A stretch of 64,000 bases of DNA from Thecamonas trahens ATCC 50062 (lineage: Eukaryota; Protista; Apusomonadida), in the NCBI RefSeq assembly GCF_000142905.1, contig NW_013657634.1, forward strand, positions 1 to 64,000, read 5' to 3'. Positions 56,145 to 64,000 of the stretch are shown here, piece after piece. Position 1 is the stretch's first letter, and each line of letters begins with the position of its first letter. The notes below the pieces were generated by a model. The model saw nothing but the letters and a program-made list of their open reading frames with translations, ran no database searches and was not told the origin of the DNA. A program made the translations under genes and the position numbers.

Positions 56145-58031
56145 ATGGTGTCGATGCGTGCAATGGCTCTGGGCCTGATGGTGATGGCCGGCATGGTGGC
56201 GGTGGCGGCGGGAGCGCGGTGCTCGCAGTTCCCGGTCTCGACGACGGGTGCGACAACGGATTCGAACCTGCAGGCGTTTGGGCCCAAGGTGGCGTACAAC
56301 CCGGACAAGTCGGAGGCACTCATTGTGTGGTTTGCGGATAAGATTGACACGGCGTTTGAGGTGTACGGGCAGATTGTGTCTACCAAGACAGGCAAGTCGC
56401 TGTACGGCAACGACTTCCAGATTTCCAAGATGGGCACAGTGGAGACGGACACGCGGTACGATGCAATGACGCCGTCAGTGGCGTACTCGACGAAGGAGCG
56501 CGAGTACCTTGTTGTCTTTCAGGGTGACCAGGAGGGCCAGGACAACGCGTTTGAGATTTACGGCCAACGGGTGTCGGAGACCGGCGAACTCCTCGGCACG
56601 CGCTCGTTCCAGATCTCCCAGACCGGCGCAGACCCGACGGATAGCAAGTATCTTGCGGCTAACCCGCATGTGGTGTACAACTCGCGCGACAACGTGTATT
56701 ATGTGGTGTGGGAGGCCGACGCCGAGGGCAACTCGCACGCCGTGGAGATCTGGGGCGCGGTGGTGAGCGTTGTTGGCGATGTTTCGCCCATCCAGCGCCT
56801 CTCGTTTATGGGCATTGTGGATACTGACACGGCGTTCAATGGCTTCTACCCCGACGTGGCGTACAACTCGGTCGACAACGAGTATTTGGTGGTGTGGCAG
56901 GGTGAGAACGCAACGCACCATGCGTTTGAGGCGTATGGACAGATTGTCGAGGGCGCGACAGGCCTCCGCATCGGCAAGAACTTCCAGATCTCGGACATGG
57001 GCATCGACCCGACGTCGACCTCGTTCCGCGCTTTCCGGCCCAAGATCGAGTACAACCCGACCGGCAACAACTATCTTGTGGTGTGGTACGGCGACACCGA
57101 CCGTGTCGGCGCCAACGGCGTGCTCAACATCTACGGGCAGATCGTGACCGCCGGCGGCGGCCTCCAGGTTCCGCCGTCGTTCCCCATCTCGCAGATGGGC
57201 GAGTCGGCGTTCGACCCGACCTACGACGGCGTCCACCCGGACCTGACGTACAACGCCAACCAGGATGAGTACTTTGTGGTGTGGGAGGGTGACGAGCCGG
57301 GCCAGGACGATGCGAATGAGGTGTACGCCCAGCGGCTGACCGGTGCTCAGGGCGCCAAGGCCGGCTCGCGCAGCCGACTCTCGGTCACTGGCGCCAACGA
57401 CGCCGACTCGTCGTATGTTGTGCAGAAGGCGACCGTGACGTACGCGTCGGGTGAGCGCAAGTTTGTCGCCGCGTGGGGCGCCGACTCGCAGGGCGCCAAG
57501 GAGGCGTACGAGATCAATGTCGCGCTCGTCGGTGAGGACGGCGTCGGCATCGTCGGCGACTTTTGCTCCGACGCCGCGCCGGCGTCTACCTCGCGCAACA
57601 CAACTGCAGCCGCCATCCTCGTCGTCGTCGCCTTGCTTGTTATCTTTGGCATCGGTTTTGTGGTCTACAAGATCCGCGCCAACCGCCAGAAGGCCGAGGC
57701 GGAGCGCGCGGCAGCCGCCGCGGCCGCCGCCCGCGAGGCTAACCGCGGCGGAGCTGCCGCCGCCAAGAGCGCGCACAAGGGTCCCGGCACCCACAAGTCG
57801 CGCAAGGTTAAGGTCTCGCGCAAGAAGAAGTCGCGCAAGCCGCCGACAGCCTCTAGAGTTACAAAGGGTCTCAACGCTGAGCCGTCGTACTCGTACGTCT
57901 CGTACGAGACGTACACGTACGAGTTTGACGACGAGATCTCGTCTGACTCGCGCGGCGGAAGCAAGCTCGCCCGTGTCGACGGCGCCGTCGACTCCGGCTC
58001 TGGCTTTTACTCGGACGAGGCGCGCGTGTGA
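56145..58031 (+). CDS. type-I membrane protein with 7 tandem ~65-aa repeats (probable beta-propeller) and a basic/Tyr-rich cytoplasmic tail
   Basis: Signal peptide MALGLMVMAGMVAVAAG; repeats P.VAYN....EYLVVW.GD.....EIYGQ.V...G...G..FQIS.MG; TM AAAILVVVALLVIFGIGFVVY. Confidence 0.85.
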   Translation: MVSMRAMALGLMVMAGMVAVAAGARCSQFPVSTTGATTDSNLQAFGPKVAYNPDKSEALIVWFADKIDTAFEVYGQIVSTKTGKSLYGNDFQISKMGTVETDTRYDAMTPSVAYSTKEREYLVVFQGDQEGQDNAFEIYGQRVSETGELLGTRSFQISQTGADPTDSKYLAANPHVVYNSRDNVYYVVWEADAEGNSHAVEIWGAVVSVVGDVSPIQRLSFMGIVDTDTAFNGFYPDVAYNSVDNEYLVVWQGENATHHAFEAYGQIVEGATGLRIGKNFQISDMGIDPTSTSFRAFRPKIEYNPTGNNYLVVWYGDTDRVGANGVLNIYGQIVTAGGGLQVPPSFPISQMGESAFDPTYDGVHPDLTYNANQDEYFVVWEGDEPGQDDANEVYAQRLTGAQGAKAGSRSRLSVTGANDADSSYVVQKATVTYASGERKFVAAWGADSQGAKEAYEINVALVGEDGVGIVGDFCSDAAPASTSRNTTAAAILVVVALLVIFGIGFVVYKIRANRQKAEAERAAAAAAAAREANRGGAAAAKSAHKGPGTHKSRKVKVSRKKKSRKPPTASRVTKGLNAEPSYSYVSYETYTYEFDDEISSDSRGGSKLARVDGAVDSGSGFYSDEARV

Positions 58032-58072
58032 GTTCTGCACGAAATTAGCAGTAAAATGCTGGCAAGTGCCGA

Positions 58073-59983
58073 CTACGCCACCACGCTCGGAATCGACGAG
58101 TAAAGGGCATCCTCTGCCGAGCTTGCCGAGCCATAGGCTGGCGCGTCGTTGATGAGCAGGGCGCGTGACGAGGGGCGGGCGGAGCGCGGGCGGGCGGCGA
58201 CGAGGGTGGCGTGGGAACGGGCGCCGCTGCGGTAGCGGACCCAAAAGGCGGAAGCGACGACGGCGATGGCAATGATGATGGTGCCTGCCACGATGCCTGC
58301 GACGACGGCGACAGGCGGGTTGTCCTTGCGGCCGTGCGGAGCGGCAGCCGACGACGCGCTCGTTGCAGGAAGCGGATGCGGCATGGGCAGCTTGTGGTCG
58401 CGGACGCACTCGGAGTAGTCGGTGATGCTGGCGGTGGCAAGCGAGCAGAGGACGGCAAAGCCTTCCGGGGTGTCGGCGGTTACGTAGTCGGCCCAACGGT
58501 GACCTGAAAAGGCGGTGACGAGGTCGGGATACTGCGGAAAGGCGCCATAGAGGGCGAGGAGGCCCGCCGGTGAGAGTCCGTGCGGCGAAGCCGGCGGGTA
58601 GGCGTTGGAGAAGACGTACTCGGGACGCCATGGCGCGAGTGCTGCCGGATTCGTGGCGTCAAGGTAGTACGCGGTGAGGTTGGTCGGAATCCACGACTCG
58701 GGAGCGCCGGTGACGTCGACGACCTTAAACGACGGGTTGTTGACAAAGACCATGGAGAGCGAGCCAGCGATGAGGGCCGACGAGACGGACGATTCCTCGC
58801 GGAAGAGGAGGCGGAACTCATCGCGATGGGTGTGGCCAAAGAACTGGCCAGCAACCACGTCTGCGTAGCTTGCCACCAGCTTGACGTAGCGATCGGCGTA
58901 GGCCGCGTCCCACATGGCCGAGCCTTGAAACTCGGAGACGGCAGGCGGGATGTGGCCCATGAGGTAGATGTGGTACGAGCCGGCGGCGCGGGCGGCGGCG
59001 AGGCGGGCTTCGAGCCAGGCAAACTGGCCCAGTGGATCAGCCACCGGCTGTGCCGGCCTGGGCAGGTGCGAGATCGAGTAGTAGATGGTGTTGAGCGAGA
59101 GGACGCGGAGGCTCGGCGCGAGCTCGGCTTCAAAGTAGCCGCCATGGAGGAACGAGTCGCGCGCACCGGCAAAGCGGGCGAGCCATGGTGCCCACACCTC
59201 GGCGAGCTTGGCCAGCCAGGGCGCGTTGGGCGTGAGCGGCAAAAAGTAGTCCGGATAGCAATCATCGTTGCCGATGGTAGGCACAATCGGGTGCTGGCCG
59301 AGCTTGGCGTCGATGGCAGCACTGGCATTGGCAATGGCCGCCAGCGCAAGTTCCGACGACACGTAGCCGTGGGCCGAGAGGTCACCAGTGAGCAGGACAA
59401 AGTCGATGGGCTCGTCCAGGGCGTTGACAGCATCCAGCGCTGAGGTCAAGACAGCCGGCGAGGTATCGCACCGAACGACCGCCACGTGATCCGGCGGTGG
59501 CGGCGGGCCTGGCGGCGGCGGAGCATTCGGGGTGTGGTACTTGGGCGCCATGCAGTTGGTACCGCTTCCGTACTTTGCCTCAAACAAGGCGTTGAGGTGG
59601 ACATCCGACAGATGCAGCAACCGCATGCCTCCTTCATGGCCAGCGCCAGTCCCGGTCTCAGACATCAGCGGTCCATCGGCCGCAGGCCTTGCTGTCGTTC
59701 TGGGCCTTGAATGCGAAATGGGACCTGAATTTCCTTCATCATTACCACTGCCCGACTCGGCTTCCACCAAAACCAGACCATCTTCACCATACGCCGACTC
59801 TGTCCTCTGCTCGTTGTTCGGCCTCTGTCCTTGGTCCGTCTGCTCCGACTGAGGACTTGCTGCCGCACAGCACACACCAGCCATGGCCACCACCACCACC
59901 ACCACTACCACCACCATCACCACTGCCATACCCCGAACCTTCCGTATGTTGTATCTGTGTTGAGGGTGAGACATAGCTCCCAT
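58073..59983 (-). CDS. acid sphingomyelinase-like (SMPDL3/PPN1-type) metallophosphoesterase with C-terminal TM anchor
   Basis: SDVHL, TGDLSAH, GNDD, MGHIPP, FFGHTHRDEF, NNPSF; N-terminal hydrophobic signal; TM VVAGIVAGTIIIAIAVVASAFWV. Confidence 0.88.
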   Translation of the reverse strand: MGAMSHPQHRYNIRKVRGMAVVMVVVVVVVVVAMAGVCCAAASPQSEQTDQGQRPNNEQRTESAYGEDGLVLVEAESGSGNDEGNSGPISHSRPRTTARPAADGPLMSETGTGAGHEGGMRLLHLSDVHLNALFEAKYGSGTNCMAPKYHTPNAPPPPGPPPPPDHVAVVRCDTSPAVLTSALDAVNALDEPIDFVLLTGDLSAHGYVSSELALAAIANASAAIDAKLGQHPIVPTIGNDDCYPDYFLPLTPNAPWLAKLAEVWAPWLARFAGARDSFLHGGYFEAELAPSLRVLSLNTIYYSISHLPRPAQPVADPLGQFAWLEARLAAARAAGSYHIYLMGHIPPAVSEFQGSAMWDAAYADRYVKLVASYADVVAGQFFGHTHRDEFRLLFREESSVSSALIAGSLSMVFVNNPSFKVVDVTGAPESWIPTNLTAYYLDATNPAALAPWRPEYVFSNAYPPASPHGLSPAGLLALYGAFPQYPDLVTAFSGHRWADYVTADTPEGFAVLCSLATASITDYSECVRDHKLPMPHPLPATSASSAAAPHGRKDNPPVAVVAGIVAGTIIIAIAVVASAFWVRYRSGARSHATLVAARPRSARPSSRALLINDAPAYGSASSAEDALYSSIPSVVA

Positions 59984-60079
59984 GGTCTGTCTCCTCGTTC
60001 GGGTCGGGTGCTGGTCTCCAAGGACCCCAAGGGGCTGGGCTGCACGCGCACATTGGATCGAGCTGATCTGAGGGAGGGG

Positions 60080-60352
60080 ACGGGGATGGTGGGGATGGGG
60101 ATGGTGGGGATGGGGATGGGGATGGTGGGGATGGGGATGGGGATGAGGATGGTGGGTATGGGGATGGGGATGGGTATGGTGGGGATGGGTATGGGGATGA
60201 GGATGGTGGGTATGGGGATGGGGTATGGGTATGGGTATGGGTATGGGCATGGGTATGGGTATGGGTATGGGGATGGGTATGGGTATGGGGATGGGTACGG
60301 GGATGGAGCTGGAGATGGGGATGGGTATGGCGATGATGGAGATAGAGATGGG
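60080..60352. repeat. compound (GGATGG/GGTATG)n microsatellite
   Basis: Directly visible; generates spurious MG/PI/HP repeat ORFs. Confidence 0.9.
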
Positions 60353-61126
60353 GTCGCTTATCCAAGTTCGCAAGCCTTACAGAAACGACAAATACCGCCT
60401 TTGCTAGCGTCGCTTGACCTCTCCCCCAGCTGCCGCCCGTCGTTGGCCACCACTCGTCACTCGCCAACAGCACCAGCACCCCTCTCCCCCCCCCCCCAGA
60501 GATAAAGGGGAAAGTGCGTGAGTGGTGTGGTGCGTGATGTGGTGGTGCAGAATGGAGTAGGTGGACGAGTGGGTGTATGTGCGTGTGTGGGCGTACGCAT
60601 TAGCTGCCAAAGCCGTGATGGCGAATGATTGTTCGGTGGATGTAGGGGGGGGGGTGGGGGGGGGGCTCGTATTTTAATTTATAGTTTTTTTTTGTATCTC
60701 GAGATGGAGAGGGCGGGGGGCCTGGGGGTGAACGAAAGCAAATTTACCGCCACCATCAACATAAACGGTTATTTGGGCGCAGCGGCCGGATTCCCTTTTC
60801 TAAACCCTTTTTATCATTTACTACATGTGTGTGCAGATAGACACGCCGCGGGGGGCGTGCGCCCCCAAGGGGGGGTCGGGCTGACTAGAATCTCGAACGG
60901 CTGTTAGTCCCCCTACCGCCCGTTGTGCACAACCAACGTCTCCGCATCTTGGGAGACTTGCCATCTACNNNNNNNNNNNNNNNNNNNNNNNNNNNNNNNN
61001 NNNNNNNNNNNNNNNNNNNNNNNNNNNNNNNNNNNNNNNNNNNNNNNNNNNNNNNNNNNNNNNNNNNNCCCCGCAACCCGACCAAACACCAACCCGACGT
61101 GACCCGACGTAACCTCACCCGCTACC

Positions 61127-62077
61127 ATGTACAAGTGCCATTTGTCTGGTTGCACTTTCAGCTGTGGCACGCCCATGGAACTTGTTGAGCACCAGCGCGA
61201 CTGTAGTATCCACCCTCGGACGACTTCTTCGACGAGTGCAGCAGTGGCCATGAGTGGTGGTGATGGAAGTGGTGTGCATGCAAGTGATGGTATTGGTGGA
61301 AATGGAAATGCTCAAGGTCTCAACAATGCCGCTGCGACACGTCTGCCTTCGTCCACATCATCCGTTTCGGTCGATTCGTCAATGGCCACAATGCCACCAT
61401 CATCATCATCATCATCATCTTTGTCGACGGCTGGACCTCACTCGTCGCGCCCTGTCCCTGTTCCTCCTGTTCCTGCTGCTGTTCCTGCTGTTCCTGCTCC
61501 TGTTCCTGTTCCTGCTCCTGCTCCTGTTCCTGTTCCTGCTCCTGTTCCAGCTCCTGTTCCTGTTCCTGCTGCTACTGGTCACTCGACGCATGGCAATCGC
61601 CCAGATCCCAAGCTGACCATTCATCTGCCGAGCTCGGCGGCGCTCGCTGCGGGCACGGCGAGTTTGGCTGCGAGGGCACCGCCGACTGGCTCGGCTCCGG
61701 CGCCCGTTCCGGTACCGATGGACGTGGTGTCGGCGCGTAGTGCCGGCAGCGCACCGCCGTCCGCCGTCCCGATGCCCGGACATAGCAGCATGCCGGCCCC
61801 GGTGCCGATGGCTGTGGCTGCACCGGCAGCGCCGAGCGTGCCGGCCAAGCTTCGCGGGCCGACTTCGGTTCCGCTTCCTGTCCTTCCCTTCAATCCTGTG
61901 ACGCTGACGACGGCGCACGCTGCGCGTGACGAGCTCGGCAAGCGCTTCTCGGCCTGGCACCGCCAGGCAATGCATGCCGAGAACGATACCGCGTTCCGCG
62001 AGGCGCGAATCGTCAGCATGGAGGCGCTGGCTGCACCGATGGCGCTCGAGGCGCTCGAGGAGGCGTTTGGCCTGTGA
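61127..62077 (+). CDS. hypothetical Pro/Ala-rich protein with an N-terminal C2H2/C2HC-like zinc finger
   Basis: YKCHLSGCTFSCGTPMELVEHQRDC; (PVPA)n linker; short helical C-terminus. Confidence 0.55.
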   Translation: MYKCHLSGCTFSCGTPMELVEHQRDCSIHPRTTSSTSAAVAMSGGDGSGVHASDGIGGNGNAQGLNNAAATRLPSSTSSVSVDSSMATMPPSSSSSSSLSTAGPHSSRPVPVPPVPAAVPAVPAPVPVPAPAPVPVPAPVPAPVPVPAATGHSTHGNRPDPKLTIHLPSSAALAAGTASLAARAPPTGSAPAPVPVPMDVVSARSAGSAPPSAVPMPGHSSMPAPVPMAVAAPAAPSVPAKLRGPTSVPLPVLPFNPVTLTTAHAARDELGKRFSAWHRQAMHAENDTAFREARIVSMEALAAPMALEALEEAFGL

Positions 62078-62079
62078 GG

Positions 62080-63603
62080 TCAGTGGGCGACCTTGGCCAT
62101 TGTCATGGCGCCGCCCATGCGGTGGCGGCGAAGCGTGAGGATGACGGCGAGGATGAGGCCGGTGACGGCGAGCGCAAACGAGATGAAGAACGAGGTCTGG
62201 TAGCACTTGTGGCCGAAGCACTTTTCGGACCGGCCCTGGGCCTTGGTCTGGACGTCGTAAAAGTGACCAAAGAGCGTGTTCATGGCGTTGCCGCCAACGC
62301 CGGCCGCCGTCGAGCCGATGGCCCAGTTGGTGGCAAAGTACGCCAGTGAAAACCGTGCGATGCACGTCGGCCCAATGGAGAACGTGCCGCCGTACGCGAG
62401 GCCAGTCAGAATGGTCGGGATCCAGATCGTGGCCGTCGAGAGATAGAAGAACGCGTTGAGCGCCTGTGCCGCCGTCATGAGCGCAAGCGTGCCCACCAGG
62501 AAGGTGGCATGCGGGATGCCCAGCCGCGGCACGAGCACGTCAGCACTCGTGCCAAACAAAATACGGCCAAGGCAGTTGCCGATCGAGAGTGCCCCAACCT
62601 GGAGCGAGGTTGCCGACGAGAGCGTCGAGTCTGCAAGCGAGCCGGCAGCAATTGAGACCATGACCGACGACAAGTTGTTGATGTACATGAGCCCACAGCC
62701 GAGCGAGCACGTAAGCACGCCGTAGAGCAGAAGAAACTCGGGCGACTGCAGGAGTCGTAGGCCATAGATGCCCGAGTCCGAGTCGGCATCTTCCGACTCG
62801 GACTCGTCGACAATCTTGTGCGGCACGAGGAGGGCGGCCGACTCGGCATCGGAGCGCGCAGCCGCCGGCCGGCCACCCCTGCTACCGACTGGCGAGATAA
62901 GCGGCCTGTTGACCGATGCCGACGACGCAAAGTCGTCGCCGGCAGCCTTGGCTTCGTCTGACGCTGGCGGGCCGTCCTTGTCTGCGTACGGCAGCCGTTT
63001 GAGCAGAAAAACGCCGAGGGCAAAGATGGTGCCAAGGGCAATGGCCAAAGTGGTGAAAAAGGCCGAGACGCTCGACGGAGCCCAGATGGCCGAGTATAGC
63101 TGGGAGAGGATAAATGCCGAGAGGCCAAAGCCGCCGACGATGATGCCGACGATAGTGCCGCGACTGTCCGGGGAAAAGTTGACCACGTTTGTCGCCAGGG
63201 CGGAGGAGTAGCCGCCAGAGGAAGCAAGACCAACCATGAAGAAGCCTACGCCCATGAGAACGGGCGAGACTGGGAGGATCTTTGCATAGACGAGAGCCAT
63301 GATGGCATAGCCCGAGGCAGCGAGGATGGACGAGACAGCCGAGAGCGGAGCAGGACCAAAGACATCCAGAATGTACGATTGAGGCAGCGAGCAGAGATAG
63401 AGACCATTATCACCGATGGATGAAATAAGATTGACTTGGCTCTGGGTAAATGCCAAATGCGTCTTGAACTGGTTGGCATAAGCAGAGTACGCGTAGAGTG
63501 TCCCTCCGCACGTCGACATCAGCAGTCCATGAAGAAACGATGTGATGAGCCAGCCACGGCTCCGTGCCGGTTTCCAGCATCCTCCTCTTTCTCCTGCGAC
63601 CAT
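62080..63603 (-). CDS. MFS transporter, nodulin-like/Mch1 family
   Basis: GTLYAYSAYA..K..L.F.Q.Q.N.I...G..G; NF..SRG..VG....FGLSA; GLMYINN; NCLGRI..G..AD; CFGHKCY; about 12 TM helices. Confidence 0.9.
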   Translation of the reverse strand: MVAGERGGCWKPARSRGWLITSFLHGLLMSTCGGTLYAYSAYANQFKTHLAFTQSQVNLISSIGDNGLYLCSLPQSYILDVFGPAPLSAVSSILAASGYAIMALVYAKILPVSPVLMGVGFFMVGLASSGGYSSALATNVVNFSPDSRGTIVGIIVGGFGLSAFILSQLYSAIWAPSSVSAFFTTLAIALGTIFALGVFLLKRLPYADKDGPPASDEAKAAGDDFASSASVNRPLISPVGSRGGRPAAARSDAESAALLVPHKIVDESESEDADSDSGIYGLRLLQSPEFLLLYGVLTCSLGCGLMYINNLSSVMVSIAAGSLADSTLSSATSLQVGALSIGNCLGRILFGTSADVLVPRLGIPHATFLVGTLALMTAAQALNAFFYLSTATIWIPTILTGLAYGGTFSIGPTCIARFSLAYFATNWAIGSTAAGVGGNAMNTLFGHFYDVQTKAQGRSEKCFGHKCYQTSFFISFALAVTGLILAVILTLRRHRMGGAMTMAKVAH

Positions 63604-64000
63604 ACTTGCTCAAACAAGGGGGGGGGGGGAGGGGGGAGGGGGGAGGGGATGTGTGAGTGCAGTGTTGCCTTCTCCTTCTCCCTCTCCCTCTCCTTCTCCC
63701 TTTTCTTGCTCTGGCCTTGTGACTCTCAACTAGTCAGTCTGCTTGTTGTGACTGAGCATGTCACTCGCTTGTGCGAGCAGTTGGGTTGTTGGACAATGGT
63801 GGCTGAGGGGTGCACGTGACTTGCTGCAGGTCACGTGTATGCCATGGCCTACTTTGGGCTACCTCGACCCATCGCCGACTTTGTGACCTGTCACATGCTT
63901 TGACTTTGTAGTCATGGCTTTGTCATGCGATTCGCAGCCGTTGGACACAGGAATACCTTGTATTTGTCGTCGTCGGGTACCTCAAGCCTATCCGTACCCC

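Noticed and set aside
59984-60505. MG/GY/PI/HP repeat proteins
   Set aside because: Translations of a microsatellite, not credible coding sequence
1-64000. rRNA, tRNA, transposase or reverse transcriptase genes
   Set aside because: No recognisable motifs seen by eye; tRNAscan/Rfam were not run, so small RNAs cannot be excluded

Overview
GC-rich, gene-dense, intron-poor eukaryotic DNA from a draft assembly: six N-gaps, most flanked by poly-C/G or tandem repeats, and many single-base frameshifts. It is not prokaryotic. Gene content (CCDC57, DUF3228, Ras regulators, MAP3K) points to a free-living flagellated protist. The style resembles an apusomonad such as Thecamonas, but this is inference only. 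About 24 genes can be supported. The most striking are multidomain signalling or immunity proteins with unusual architectures. (1) A ZNFX1-type SF1 RNA helicase/NF-X1/RING/RZ-finger protein with an apparently catalytic H-Y-E PARP (ADP-ribosyltransferase) domain inserted before the RZ finger, next to two paralogous F-box-like ankyrin genes. (2) A ~2,800-aa single-pass receptor: signal peptide, 2 C-type-lectin-like domains, ~16 Ig-like repeats, PSI-IPT-PSI-IPT, TM, and a cytoplasmic neurofibromin-type RasGAP with an internal insertion, i.e. a Sema-less plexin-like receptor-GAP. (3) A PH-CH-atypical Ras-REM-CDC25 RasGEF. (4) A WASP-like WH1/GBD/Pro-rich module fused to a PB1-MAP3K kinase. Also present: two bacterial-looking genes, an AT-rich 352-bp tandem duplication, several mini/microsatellites, and four reconstructable first introns that share a GTACGY donor.
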